Below are positions 1-10,133 of a stretch of 31,591 nucleotides of DNA, piece by piece. The notes under the pieces are model-generated. The model was given only the letters and a program-made list of their open reading frames with translations. It was not told the DNA's origin and ran no database searches. The stretch covers positions 1 through 31,591 of IMG/VR virus record IMGVR_UViG_3300035666_001071. The stretch is one strand, 5' to 3'. The position numbers and the translations under genes were made by a program. Numbering within the stretch: position 1 is the first letter of the stretch; each line of letters opens with the position of its first letter. Source of the stretch: a virus. Its lineage: Duplodnaviria > Caudoviricetes.

Positions 1-1
1 T

Positions 2-124
2 CTTCATAATATGAGAAACAAAAAAGATGGTATATTTTGTGGTGAGACTATTGTGTATGAAATGAGTAAGATGTTTGACTTCAGCATAAATACGCTCGAC
101 AACCTGATAGCGTATCATATCTAA
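2..124 (+). CDS. 3' end of an upstream gene truncated by the window edge (likely part of the glycosylation cluster)
   Basis: Open frame from nt 2 (LHNMRNKKDGIFCGETIVYEMSKMFDFSINTLDNLIAYHI) to TAA 122-124, 14 nt before the next ATG. Confidence 0.6.
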   Translation, partial: LHNMRNKKDGIFCGETIVYEMSKMFDFSINTLDNLIAYHI

Positions 125-138
125 ATTAGGAATTTATC

Positions 139-1359
139 ATGAAAGAACTATTTACTTTGGGCGATTTGTATGTGTCTGACTTTATCCAAGATGGGAATAT
201 GCCCCGTGGAGGTAAGGTCGAAATGAAAATGATGTTAGATGAAAACAGTGGACTGGTTCGTTTAGATACTACTGCTCCACTTGATACTATGTATGGGAAA
301 TACTGGTATCGCTCAGGTATAAATCAAACTATGCGTACAGAACTTCAACACATCGTTGAATCTATTCTAGATGTAGTTAATTTCAAAGAGAATGATCTTT
401 GGATCGATATTGCTTGCAACGATGGTACTTTATTGAGTTATGTTCCCAACCAAATGATTCGTGTTGGTATTGATCCTGTGGATGATTCTTTCAAGAATGA
501 GTCCGAAAAGCATTCAAACTTGATCATACAAGACTACTTCACAGCGAAAAAGTTTAAATCTTCCAAGTTTGGGTTCATGAAAGCGAAGGTAATCACTACA
601 ATCGCTATGTTCTACGACTTAGAGAATCCGGAGGAATTTATTCGTGATGTGAATGATGTTCTAGATGATGACGGTCTTTGGGTTCTACAGTTGTCTTATA
701 CCCCATTGATGTTGAAGCAATTGGCCTTCGACAACATCTGCCATGAACACATCTACTATTACTCACTTTTTAATTTGAAGAGTATGTTCGATAGGTGTGG
801 GTTTGATATTGTAGATGTTCAACTCAACGATACGAATGGAGGATCTTTTCGTGTCTACGCCATGAAGAAAACATCAGACAAGACTAAGTTTGGGACTCAG
901 CCATATCGTGATGTCTGTAGTTTCAGAGTTCACTCTTTACTGGAGTATGAAAAGACTTTGGAACTAAACAGTAAAAAAACATGGGATGAATTTTTTTCCC
1001 GTATTGTAGACCTTAAACAGAAAACCACCGATTTTATCAAGCAAGAGAAGGCCAAAGGTAAACGAATATGGGGATATGGAGCATCAACTAAGGGTAATAC
1101 TTTACTGCAATACTTTGGACTTGATCACACAATGATCGATGGTATAGCAGAAAGAAGCATCTACAAATTTGGTCTTAAAACCGTAGGGACTAACATACCC
1201 ATATACTCTGAAGATGAGATGAGAAAGCAAAAACCGGATTATCTGCTGGTTCTTCCTTGGCACTTCATTAATGAGTTTATGGTTCGTGAAAGTGATTACA
1301 TAAAAGGTGGCGGTAAGTTTATTGTACCGTGTCCTGAATTCAAAATCATGGGAGCGTAA
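139..1359 (+). CDS. NDP-hexose C-methyltransferase (TcaB9/NovU/TylC3-like, SAM-dependent)
   Basis: Motifs YWYRSG, DIACNDGTLL, FDNICHEH, NGGSFR, GYGASTKGNTLLQY and LVLPWHF; AGGA SD upstream. Confidence 0.9.
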   Translation: MKELFTLGDLYVSDFIQDGNMPRGGKVEMKMMLDENSGLVRLDTTAPLDTMYGKYWYRSGINQTMRTELQHIVESILDVVNFKENDLWIDIACNDGTLLSYVPNQMIRVGIDPVDDSFKNESEKHSNLIIQDYFTAKKFKSSKFGFMKAKVITTIAMFYDLENPEEFIRDVNDVLDDDGLWVLQLSYTPLMLKQLAFDNICHEHIYYYSLFNLKSMFDRCGFDIVDVQLNDTNGGSFRVYAMKKTSDKTKFGTQPYRDVCSFRVHSLLEYEKTLELNSKKTWDEFFSRIVDLKQKTTDFIKQEKAKGKRIWGYGASTKGNTLLQYFGLDHTMIDGIAERSIYKFGLKTVGTNIPIYSEDEMRKQKPDYLLVLPWHFINEFMVRESDYIKGGGKFIVPCPEFKIMGA

Positions 1360-1360
1360 T

Positions 1361-1618
1361 ATGGCAGATACGATTGGAAATCTAATTGACAAATTAACTG
1401 TGGTAAACATTCGGATTTGGATGGCTGAAGACATAAAAAGAAACAGCGATTCCACAGACAATGACATCGCCAATGCTTGCAAAATTACTAATATTGCTAA
1501 TTCTCAAAGAAATGATCTTATTCAAGAAATAGATGAAAGAGTAAATCACATGATTAAGACTGGTGAAATTCAAAAGTTGTATTCGCAGGGATCAACTAAA
1601 ATGTATGGGAGAAAATAA
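1361..1618 (+). CDS. small helical protein, DUF4254-like, typical of glycan clusters
   Basis: Start moved to ATG 1361 (GGAG at 1351). TIGNLIDKLTVVNIRIWMAED...QRNDLIQEIDE pattern. Confidence 0.65.
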   Translation: MADTIGNLIDKLTVVNIRIWMAEDIKRNSDSTDNDIANACKITNIANSQRNDLIQEIDERVNHMIKTGEIQKLYSQGSTKMYGRK

Positions 1619-2547
1619 TGGGGAAAACCTTAATCACTGGTGGGTCTGGCCTTCTCGGATCAAACTTAAACATATCGAATTCAATAAAGCCTAGTAGTAA
1701 AGAGGTAAACTTACTCGACTACGACTCTCTTTGTAATTTTATCGAGAGAGAAGAAATAGACAGAATAATTCATTGTGCAGCAATTGTTGGTGGTGTACAT
1801 GCTAATACAAAATGGGTCTATGAGTTCTTTGACAAGAACTTAGTGATGAATCTGAATATACTGCGAGCATGCAAAGAGTACAGCATTAACAACTCTATCT
1901 TTGTACTTTCAACATGTATTCTTCCTGCTGATGGACCATTCCCATTAAGTGAAAATATTCTTCATCGTGGAGAGCCACACTTCACCAACTACGGATATGC
2001 ATATGCAAAAAGAATGATCGAAGTTGGTGCTAGATGCCTAAAAGATGAATATGGAATATCATCTACATGTGTTGCTCCTTGTAATTTTTATGGACCGAAT
2101 GACAATCACGATTTAGTTGGGGGTCATGTTATTCCTAGTCTAATCCACAAGTGTTATTTGGCTATGAAAAATGGGGACGATCTTAAGATATGGGGAACAG
2201 GATTACCTGAAAGAGAGTTCATCTATGTTGGAGATCTTGCTAGAGTTATACAAACTATTCACGACGATCAACGAAAAGACCCGTCTAAGCAATACCCACA
2301 AACAATGATTATATCTCCAGGTAGGTCATATTCTATTAGAGAATTAGTTGACGAGATTGTTCAGACTATGAATTATAATGGAAAAATTGTATTTGACATT
2401 GACAAACCGGATGGTATTTTACGCAAACCCACAACGAACGATTTGTTTATGCAGAACTTTCCAAAATTTAATTGGACAGACTTAAAAACTGGTCTGAAAG
2501 AATCCGTCAAACACTTTATGGAAAATTACCCAAATATTCGAAAGTGA
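1618..2547 (+). CDS. fcl: GDP-L-fucose synthase (GDP-4-keto-6-deoxymannose epimerase/reductase)
   Basis: GGSGLLG, AIVGGVHAN, STCILP (catalytic Cys), YGYAYAKR, HVIPSLI, WGTGLPEREFIY. Confidence 0.9.
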   Translation: MGKTLITGGSGLLGSNLNISNSIKPSSKEVNLLDYDSLCNFIEREEIDRIIHCAAIVGGVHANTKWVYEFFDKNLVMNLNILRACKEYSINNSIFVLSTCILPADGPFPLSENILHRGEPHFTNYGYAYAKRMIEVGARCLKDEYGISSTCVAPCNFYGPNDNHDLVGGHVIPSLIHKCYLAMKNGDDLKIWGTGLPEREFIYVGDLARVIQTIHDDQRKDPSKQYPQTMIISPGRSYSIRELVDEIVQTMNYNGKIVFDIDKPDGILRKPTTNDLFMQNFPKFNWTDLKTGLKESVKHFMENYPNIRK

Positions 2548-2555
2548 GAAATAAA

Positions 2556-3209
2556 TTGAGTAAAAAAGAAATCCTACTTACGATTGCAATTCCATCTATT
2601 CCATCAAGGATGCGTATGAACCTTGAGCCTATGTTTTCAAGACTCATGACTCAAATTGGTGATAGAAAAGATGTTGAAGTTGTTTCAATAATGGATAATA
2701 AGAGCATGTCAATTGGTAAGAAAAGACATCTTCTTCACCATATCGCACAAGGAAAGTACTGTGCAATCATCGATGATGATGATGATGTAACAAATGATTT
2801 TGTCAGCGAAGTATGCTCGGCTATCAATTCACACGATGGTGTAGATGTTATCCATTATAATCAAGAGGCTATAATTGATGGTGTGTCTTTTCTTATAAGC
2901 ACAGACATTAATGCTCCTATGAATCCATTCGACCAACTACCGAAGTATCCTATGGATTCTCATGGAAATTACATCCCATGTAAAAGACCTCCTTGGCATT
3001 GGTGTGCTTGGAGAACCGATTATGCCAAGAAGTATCCATTCGGGGATTCATTCTCCGGAGAAGACACTTTGTTTGCCACAGAGGCCACAAAGAACATTAC
3101 CTCACACCACAAAATAGACAAGATCTTACATGTATATAAGTGGTCATCAAAATCAACATCAGCACCATTACTTCCTGGTAACGCTAATCCTCCAGTGGTA
3201 CTTAAATGA
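2556..3209 (+). CDS. GT2-family (GT-A fold) glycosyltransferase
   Basis: LTIAIPS, SIGKKR, AQGKYCAIIDDDD (DxD), GEDT. Probable TTG start at 2556, just after the fcl stop. Confidence 0.8.
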   Translation: MSKKEILLTIAIPSIPSRMRMNLEPMFSRLMTQIGDRKDVEVVSIMDNKSMSIGKKRHLLHHIAQGKYCAIIDDDDDVTNDFVSEVCSAINSHDGVDVIHYNQEAIIDGVSFLISTDINAPMNPFDQLPKYPMDSHGNYIPCKRPPWHWCAWRTDYAKKYPFGDSFSGEDTLFATEATKNITSHHKIDKILHVYKWSSKSTSAPLLPGNANPPVVLK

Positions 3210-3964
3210 ACACTAGAGTATTTGTTGTTTTCCATTCTCAACTCCATGAGCATCAATACCAAGGTGTTGAAGATCTATACTCTTTTGTTAAGGTGGGAGA
3301 TTCTCCGTTCTCTATTGTATCGGAGAATATATCATCTAAGGTATTATTGTGTAAAGATATGCCTGTATTTGTTTCAAAGGGGAAACATTGGACTGAAAGT
3401 GAGTTTCTGATTTCTTTGTATCACACACTAAAAAAAGACCCTTCGTATCTTAATGAAACTGATTATGTTGGTTTCATGCAATATGATCATACGATAAAAT
3501 CTAAAGATGGAAAATCTATGCTTGATTACTTAATTAAGCATGTTGATGCTATGGGAAATCTTGGTGTAATTTGCTTTGCCCCTATTGATTTGAATCACGA
3601 AATAACATCAACTAAGATAGCAATGGACCCAAACGAACCTCAGAAATTGCGAGGAGATCCGTTGTGTTATTTTCCTATGATAGCAAATTTCAATAAGTAC
3701 TATGGAACATCTATTCGTTTTTCTGATTTTGCTAAGAATAAAATCATACCTTTATGTTCATCGTTCGTTATGTCAAAGGATAACTTCATGGACATGATGA
3801 ATTTTTGCGTATGGGCCGCAGAGAGAGACAATATAGACCAGTACGATCCGGAGAGGAAACATAGACTGTCGGGCGGTTTAATGGAGAGATACTATGGAAC
3901 ATGGATTCTATTAAAAGGTCTAAAGATCAATATTTTTCAAGTGGATGAAATGCCTAGATTCTAA
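3206..3964 (+). CDS. glycosyltransferase-associated protein (DUF4422-like)
   Basis: YVGFMQYD and R(L)SGGLMERY motifs; ATGA-coupled within the glycan cluster. Confidence 0.5.
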   Translation: MNTRVFVVFHSQLHEHQYQGVEDLYSFVKVGDSPFSIVSENISSKVLLCKDMPVFVSKGKHWTESEFLISLYHTLKKDPSYLNETDYVGFMQYDHTIKSKDGKSMLDYLIKHVDAMGNLGVICFAPIDLNHEITSTKIAMDPNEPQKLRGDPLCYFPMIANFNKYYGTSIRFSDFAKNKIIPLCSSFVMSKDNFMDMMNFCVWAAERDNIDQYDPERKHRLSGGLMERYYGTWILLKGLKINIFQVDEMPRF

Positions 3965-3988
3965 TTGCAAGTTAAAAGAGAAAATATC

Positions 3989-4849
3989 ATGTCAGAACTC
4001 AATAATTACACAACAACTCCCAAATACAGCATCGTAATTGCAACTCATGTTCACAGGTATGAGAAGTATTTCAAACACTTAATGAACTCAATCTCTCGGA
4101 TGCGACCAGATGTTGACAAAATCATTTTTGTAAATGGTCAACACAAAGAAGATTTCGATCAAGAGTATCGAAGAGAGATAATGAAGTTCTGTTCTCTGTG
4201 TCCAAGAACATATGTTATTATGTCCCCAATTGTTAGAGGATGTTCGTTCATGTGGAACACCGCTATCAACTTCACTAATAGTGATTACATCTTAAATGTT
4301 GGAGATGATGTGTCTATTAAAGATGGATTTTTTGAGGAATATGAGATGGCACTTTCCGACAGGAGAAAAAATGGGGATTGTTCATTTAGAATTAATACAT
4401 GGGGATTTGCACATTTCTCAGTTTTCAGACAAGATTTGTTCGATGTTGGATACTTCGATGAAAGACTACTAGGATTTGGTGAAGAAGATGGTGACTGGTG
4501 GTGGAGGTATGAAACTATCAAGAAGAAAGAGTTGCCTGTAGTTTATCTCAATAATATTGTACATTTATGTGATAATTCTCCAACAAATTCTAAAAACATG
4601 AACGTCGAAAAGGTAACTGGTTGGAACAAGTACTCTTTATTTAACATCAATTGGCTCTGGAATAATAAGTATGAAGAAGTAAAAGATCCATCGGACATTG
4701 ATCCGAACCGTCCCGCACATAGTGGTTATACGCCTATGGGTCCGTACACAAACCATAAATCACATCCGGTTAGAATGAGAATTGGTGCTACAAATCCAGA
4801 TTTTTATCCTGCGGAGAGTTGGTACAGAAAACACATAAATGATGTTTGA
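3989..4849 (+). CDS. GT-A fold glycosyltransferase (GT2/GT7C-like), paralog of 8473-9270
   Basis: WNTAIN, GDDV, VGYFDERLLGFGEEDGDW. ATG 3989 preferred over the TTG start. Confidence 0.8.
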   Translation: MSELNNYTTTPKYSIVIATHVHRYEKYFKHLMNSISRMRPDVDKIIFVNGQHKEDFDQEYRREIMKFCSLCPRTYVIMSPIVRGCSFMWNTAINFTNSDYILNVGDDVSIKDGFFEEYEMALSDRRKNGDCSFRINTWGFAHFSVFRQDLFDVGYFDERLLGFGEEDGDWWWRYETIKKKELPVVYLNNIVHLCDNSPTNSKNMNVEKVTGWNKYSLFNINWLWNNKYEEVKDPSDIDPNRPAHSGYTPMGPYTNHKSHPVRMRIGATNPDFYPAESWYRKHINDV

Positions 4850-4869
4850 TTAAATGGAGAATAATACAC

Positions 4870-5766
4870 ATGAAAATAGACAAAATAGCATTCCCGTGTT
4901 CAGAAAAGTTTAGTCCTTTTTGGAATATTCAATCGAAAGTGTGGAAAACCAAATTGGGAATTCATCCCGTTTGTTATCTGTATGGAGATAAGAATAAGTG
5001 TGGTATGTCTGAAGAGTATGGAGATGTAATTGAGATAACTCCTGATCCGAGTATACCTGAAGTATTACAACTTCAGTTTTCGAGGTTTTGGTTTCCAACC
5101 CTAGAGCCAGATACGACTTGGTTGATCGGTGACATCGATTTAATTCCATTACAAACAGAGTATTTCACGAAATTGGAAAGTGTACCCGACGATTCGTATT
5201 TACACCTCAACTATTCAATTATAGGTAGAGAGATGGGTCTAAATCCTCATGAATATTTTAAAAAGGGATCATTAAAAATGGGTAATGGTGGTTATGACCT
5301 ACCTGGACATTATCACTGTGCTAAAGGCAGTTTAATCAAAGAAATATTCTTCAAACATCATGAAACATTTGAATCCTTCATTAAATTCATTGTAGCATCA
5401 CGAAAATATGAGAGAGTAGAGAGTGATTCTGAACTTCGTAAACTCCGTGGTGATCATTGGATGGCAGAGGAACATTACACATCCGAAACTTTATGGAATT
5501 ATTTTGCACCTAAACAATTTATGGGGTTCTCCGTCAAAGAATATATTTCACAATTCCAAAGACTTGAAGCAAAATATCAAAACGCATATAATCCAACATA
5601 CTATCCTAGGGTTTGGGATGGGGAAAATTTTATACACGACGGGGATAAAAGATGTCCAAATAGATTGAAGGAAAAGATGCTCGTTGAGATACATTGTGGG
5701 CTTCCTTTTGAAAAATATGAGGCTGCTCTTCTTCGTTTACTTAAAACATCAGGGATGATGGACTAA
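4870..5766 (+). CDS. putative glycosyltransferase-like protein
   Basis: GGAG SD before ATG 4870; GDIDLIPL (DxD-like) motif; cluster context. Function inferred. Confidence 0.45.
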   Translation: MKIDKIAFPCSEKFSPFWNIQSKVWKTKLGIHPVCYLYGDKNKCGMSEEYGDVIEITPDPSIPEVLQLQFSRFWFPTLEPDTTWLIGDIDLIPLQTEYFTKLESVPDDSYLHLNYSIIGREMGLNPHEYFKKGSLKMGNGGYDLPGHYHCAKGSLIKEIFFKHHETFESFIKFIVASRKYERVESDSELRKLRGDHWMAEEHYTSETLWNYFAPKQFMGFSVKEYISQFQRLEAKYQNAYNPTYYPRVWDGENFIHDGDKRCPNRLKEKMLVEIHCGLPFEKYEAALLRLLKTSGMMD

Positions 5767-7175
5767 TGAAACTAATTTGTGTGTCAGGCAGTTCTGGTGT
5801 GGGTAAAACAACATTGTCGAAACTCATAGAGAGTGTTATTGGAGTTGACAAAGTAGTTTGTTTGAGTGGCGATGATCTTCATAAATGGGAGAGAGATAAT
5901 TGCGCCTGGAACACCAAAACCCACTTAAATCCTGAATCTAATGTGCTCCATGTCGGACACGAACACATAGTTTCTCTTATGAATGGTGAAAGTGTGCTTC
6001 GTGTGCAGTACAATCACGATACCGGTAAGTTTGATCCTCCTGTAAAAATTGAACCTAAACAATGTGTTTTATATGAGGGCTTACATGCTTTATACCATAA
6101 GCCCACATCAGATCTCGCTGATGTCAAAATATTTGTAGACACGGATACTGAATTGAAGACTGAGTGGAAAATCAAAAGAGATACCAAAAAGAGGGGATAC
6201 ACTGAGGATCAAGTCATAGACACGATGAAAAGAAGGATACATGACGAAGAATTGTATATAACTCCACAGAGAAAAAATGCGGACATCATCGTTAAATTCA
6301 CTAAAGACAGGATGGGGTCTGTTTGTTTAGAATATGTGAATATAACTGATGTGGGTTCGGAATTGATGAGTAAAGTGAAAGATTTCTACGACTCACTTAA
6401 CGAATTTATGGGTATCTGTAAGTCTTTATCTTTAGACCCGTCGCTAGTGCAAGGAAGGGGCGGCAATGTTTCAATAAAGTCTAAGAGTGGATTGATTATT
6501 AAAGCATCAGGTTCGATGATGGGAGACATCAACCTCTACCACGGATTCTGTGTCTGCCATCATAGTAATGGATCTGTTCCATCGTTTGATACGGATGATG
6601 AGTACAATAACTATGTAACTCTATCAAAGAAGTCTGGATTTGGAAGACCTTCTATGGAAATGGGGTTTCATGACTCTATCAAGGAAAGAGTAATAATTCA
6701 CACACATCCGATTCATCTGAATGTACTCCTCTGTAGCAGAGAAGGGAAACCAATTATCAATGGATTATTTAAAGACCTATCATATAAATTCATTGAGTAT
6801 CAAGTTCCTGGTAGAGAACTTATGAATCGAATTGGTGATAGTAAAGGTATTCTGTTTCTTGAGAACCACGGACTAATAGTAAGCGCAGTAAACGCTAAGG
6901 AAGCACTTTCTATTACTAATGAAATCAACAACAGATGTAAGATGTGGTTAGGAAATCACTATGAATCATTTGTTGATGTTAGTGAGGATGATACTAAAAT
7001 AAATCTTCCGTTATTTCCTGATGCCGCTGTGTTTCCCGTAGAGATGTCATCTACGAACAACTACATACTAAGGTTGATGACGGCTGCTTGCTTGACTCCT
7101 AAGTTCTTGAATAGAAATCAGATCAGGCACCTTAATAACATGACATCTGAAAAGCATAGGAAGACTTTAGTATGA
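5766..7175 (+). CDS. fusion of a phosphoribulokinase/uridine kinase-like P-loop kinase and a class II aldolase/adducin-like domain
   Basis: N-terminal GSSGVGKTT, GDDLH, YEGLH and WKIKRD..KRG; C-terminal QGRGGNVS, IKASG, PSME, HTHP and LENHGL. Confidence 0.85.
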   Translation: MKLICVSGSSGVGKTTLSKLIESVIGVDKVVCLSGDDLHKWERDNCAWNTKTHLNPESNVLHVGHEHIVSLMNGESVLRVQYNHDTGKFDPPVKIEPKQCVLYEGLHALYHKPTSDLADVKIFVDTDTELKTEWKIKRDTKKRGYTEDQVIDTMKRRIHDEELYITPQRKNADIIVKFTKDRMGSVCLEYVNITDVGSELMSKVKDFYDSLNEFMGICKSLSLDPSLVQGRGGNVSIKSKSGLIIKASGSMMGDINLYHGFCVCHHSNGSVPSFDTDDEYNNYVTLSKKSGFGRPSMEMGFHDSIKERVIIHTHPIHLNVLLCSREGKPIINGLFKDLSYKFIEYQVPGRELMNRIGDSKGILFLENHGLIVSAVNAKEALSITNEINNRCKMWLGNHYESFVDVSEDDTKINLPLFPDAAVFPVEMSSTNNYILRLMTAACLTPKFLNRNQIRHLNNMTSEKHRKTLV

Positions 7176-8002
7176 AAATCATTGTTCCGATGGCAGGGAC
7201 GGGAAACCGTTTCGTAGAGAAGGGTTATATCGATCCAAAACCATTGATCAAAGTCAATGGCAAAATGATAATTGAATACATCTTGGACATGTTTGATGTT
7301 AAGAATGATGAGTTTGTTTTCATCTGCAATGATGTGCATTTGAAAACAACTAACATGAGGAAAATACTAAAGAAACTTGTTCCAAGTGCCAAGATTGTAT
7401 CCATGCCACAGCATAAATTGGGTCCGGTCTTCACCGTAAAAACTGTCTACGATCTAATCGATGACAATGAAGAGGTGATCATCTCGTATTGCGATAATCC
7501 TCACCTTTGGGATCGCAAGGACTTCAAGAAGAAGATGAAGGAAGGAAAGTTCGATGGTTGTGTACTTACACACACGGGCTTTCACCCACACACGCTGGCT
7601 CACACGAAGATGGCTTTTGTGAAGGGGGAAAACAACATCCTTGAGGAGATCAAGGAGAAAGCCTGCTATACTAATAATCCACTAGATGAACATGCATCAA
7701 CTGGTGTCTACTACTTCCGCAAAGGGAAATACATTAAGAAGTATTTCGATCAGGCAATGAAAGAAGATATTAACTATAACGGTGAGTACTATGTTACTTT
7801 AGTTTATAACTTGTTGGTAAGAGATGGACTAAAGGTAGGGTACTACGATACCCCTTATGTGACTGTGTTTGGGACTCCCGAAGAAGTCGAGAACTTTGAG
7901 GCGTGGGTGAAAATCTTAAAGGGGGGGCAAGCAAAACACCCTTTACATGCTGCCGCTTGCTTTGAGTATTGGACAGAGTACCACAAAGAGGTGTCCAAAT
8001 GA
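7172..8002 (+). CDS. nucleotidyltransferase (NTP_transferase / sugar-phosphate pyrophosphorylase family)
   Basis: IIVPMAGTGNRF...PKPLI, YCD, EKAC, NGEYYV, FGTPEE. Confidence 0.85.
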   Translation: MKIIVPMAGTGNRFVEKGYIDPKPLIKVNGKMIIEYILDMFDVKNDEFVFICNDVHLKTTNMRKILKKLVPSAKIVSMPQHKLGPVFTVKTVYDLIDDNEEVIISYCDNPHLWDRKDFKKKMKEGKFDGCVLTHTGFHPHTLAHTKMAFVKGENNILEEIKEKACYTNNPLDEHASTGVYYFRKGKYIKKYFDQAMKEDINYNGEYYVTLVYNLLVRDGLKVGYYDTPYVTVFGTPEEVENFEAWVKILKGGQAKHPLHAAACFEYWTEYHKEVSK

Positions 8003-8463
8003 TATTCATATCGCATAGAGGAAATCTGGATGGCGTTTATCCTGAACTTGAAAACTCCCCAAATTACATAGACAAGTGCTTAAATAATTCATTTGATTGC
8101 GAGATTGACTTAAGAATGCGAGATGGTATCCCACATCTTGGTCATGATACACCAGATTATCCAATTTCATCAGATTGGATCAATGCGAGGAAAGAATTTC
8201 TCTGGATCCATGTTAAGGAGTATAATGCTCTTCTGTGGTTAATGGATAATGTTCCTGATTGCAAATACTTTTGTCACAGATCCGATGACTATACATTAAC
8301 AAGCAATCGATATATTTGGTCCCACGATTTAACTAATCCTCCAACAGATAAGTGCATCATACCACTTTTATCTAAGAAGTGCATAGAATCTTATGGACAT
8401 ACAGGGTTTTATGCTGTATGCTCTGATTTCATTTATGACTGCCTAGACAAATTCGTTAATTGA
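7999..8463 (+). CDS. PLC-like / glycerophosphodiester phosphodiesterase-like protein
   Basis: ISHRGN, EN, CEIDL, LGHD, WIHVK, VCSD. ATG 7999 overlaps the upstream stop (ATGA). Confidence 0.75.
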   Translation: MIFISHRGNLDGVYPELENSPNYIDKCLNNSFDCEIDLRMRDGIPHLGHDTPDYPISSDWINARKEFLWIHVKEYNALLWLMDNVPDCKYFCHRSDDYTLTSNRYIWSHDLTNPPTDKCIIPLLSKKCIESYGHTGFYAVCSDFIYDCLDKFVN

Positions 8464-8472
8464 GAATAAACA

Positions 8473-9270
8473 ATGACTAACATTCCATCTTACAGCATCA
8501 CAGTTCAGACTTATGTCTATAGATTTGATTCATATTTCAAGGTTCTTCTCGCCAATATTAATAGATTGAGACCGAATGTGGAGAAAGTCATTTTCGTCAA
8601 TGGTCAAAATAAAGAACCATTCAGCGAGAACTATCGCCGTGGTATGATGCAGTATGCATCTAACTTCTCAAATACATTTTTGGTGATGTCCCCTTTCATG
8701 CGTGGTTGTTCTTTCATGTGGAACACATCTGTTAATTATACTAGTAATGATTACACCTTGATTCTTAGTGATGATGTTATTTTTCGTGATCAGTTTTTCG
8801 ATGATTTTGAATCTATGCTTGTTGAAAATAGGAGTCTTGGTGACGAGTCGTTTAGAATCAACAGTCATTGGGGTCACTTTTGCATGTACAGAAAAGACAT
8901 GACAGACAAAGATCGTGTTGGATACTTTGATGAGAGGCTTATAGGTTTTGGTGAAGAAGATGGAGACTGGATGTGGAGGTTCCAAAATAAATTCAATCGC
9001 CACATGAGAAATTATACTACTAACAGTCTTGTTTTCAACACCGACAATAACTGTCAACCGGGAAAAAATACCAAAACACATAGCGGAACTAAGTATAGCG
9101 CATACAATCGTGAGTTTCAATTTGGGCAGAAGATGGAACTAGATCCCGATGGTTCGAATAATGCATGCGGTGCTTACGGCAATTCACCACAGAGATTACG
9201 AAATGGTATGGATACTCCCGATATGTATCCTGGTGAGCGTTGGTTTAGAAACAACATTGACAAACTATAA
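8473..9270 (+). CDS. GT-A fold glycosyltransferase, paralog of 3989-4849
   Basis: RGCSFMWNT, SDDV, VGYFDERLIGFGEEDGDW. Confidence 0.8.
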   Translation: MTNIPSYSITVQTYVYRFDSYFKVLLANINRLRPNVEKVIFVNGQNKEPFSENYRRGMMQYASNFSNTFLVMSPFMRGCSFMWNTSVNYTSNDYTLILSDDVIFRDQFFDDFESMLVENRSLGDESFRINSHWGHFCMYRKDMTDKDRVGYFDERLIGFGEEDGDWMWRFQNKFNRHMRNYTTNSLVFNTDNNCQPGKNTKTHSGTKYSAYNREFQFGQKMELDPDGSNNACGAYGNSPQRLRNGMDTPDMYPGERWFRNNIDKL

Positions 9271-9279
9271 GACACAAAT

Positions 9280-10131
9280 ATGACTCAAAATGAAATTTCT
9301 GTATATGGTTCCACAGGGTTTATTGGTAGCCGTTTTGTGGAGATGAACAAAGATCGTTGTGTATCTATTGACCGAAACGAGAACAAACCTAAAAGTAAAG
9401 ATGTGTTGTATTTCATAAGTACGACACACAATTATAACATTTTCGACAAGCCCACTTTAGATATACAAACTAACTTGACCAAAATGGTCGATGTACTTGA
9501 GTCTTGTAGACTTAATTACCGTGAGGATACGGTATTTAATTTCGTCAGTTCTTGGTTTGTATACGGGATGAATTGCTCTTTGGATACAAAAGAAAGTGAT
9601 TATTGCGATCCTAGAGGTTTCTATTCAATCACGAAGAGAGCAGCGGAACAGATGTTAATCTGTTATTGCAAAACCTACGGTATGAAATACAGAATTCTCC
9701 GCATGACTAACATCATTGGCGAGGGGGATAAAGGCGTATCACTAAAAAAGAATGCCCTACAGCATATGATGAACCTTATGAAGGTCGGTAGTTCAGTTCA
9801 ACTTTATGACAAGGGAACCAATATTCGTGATTTCATGTATGTTGGTGATGCCTGTAGGGCAATCAAAACATGTATAGATCAATCGCCTATGGATGAAGTG
9901 ATCAATATTAGCAATAGAGAACCTAGAAAAATCGGAGAGATTATTCATTATGCACATAGCAAAATGGGTTCTACATCTAGTATTACAAACATTGATGTTC
10001 CCCACTTCCACAAGGTTGTTCAAGTCAGAAATGTTTGTTTAAACAATGATAAGTTGCTTTCGTATGGATATAAGCCGTCGATAAATACCTTCGAAGCGGT
10101 TGATATAATTTTAGATTCGATGAAAGGTTGA
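9280..10131 (+). CDS. NAD-dependent epimerase/4-ketoreductase (extended SDR; abequose/paratose synthase-like)
   Basis: GSTGFIG, SSWFVYG, YSITK (YxxxK), RDFMYV; adjacent to RmlB and RfbH. Confidence 0.8.
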   Translation: MTQNEISVYGSTGFIGSRFVEMNKDRCVSIDRNENKPKSKDVLYFISTTHNYNIFDKPTLDIQTNLTKMVDVLESCRLNYREDTVFNFVSSWFVYGMNCSLDTKESDYCDPRGFYSITKRAAEQMLICYCKTYGMKYRILRMTNIIGEGDKGVSLKKNALQHMMNLMKVGSSVQLYDKGTNIRDFMYVGDACRAIKTCIDQSPMDEVINISNREPRKIGEIIHYAHSKMGSTSSITNIDVPHFHKVVQVRNVCLNNDKLLSYGYKPSINTFEAVDIILDSMKG

Positions 10132-10133
10132 TC

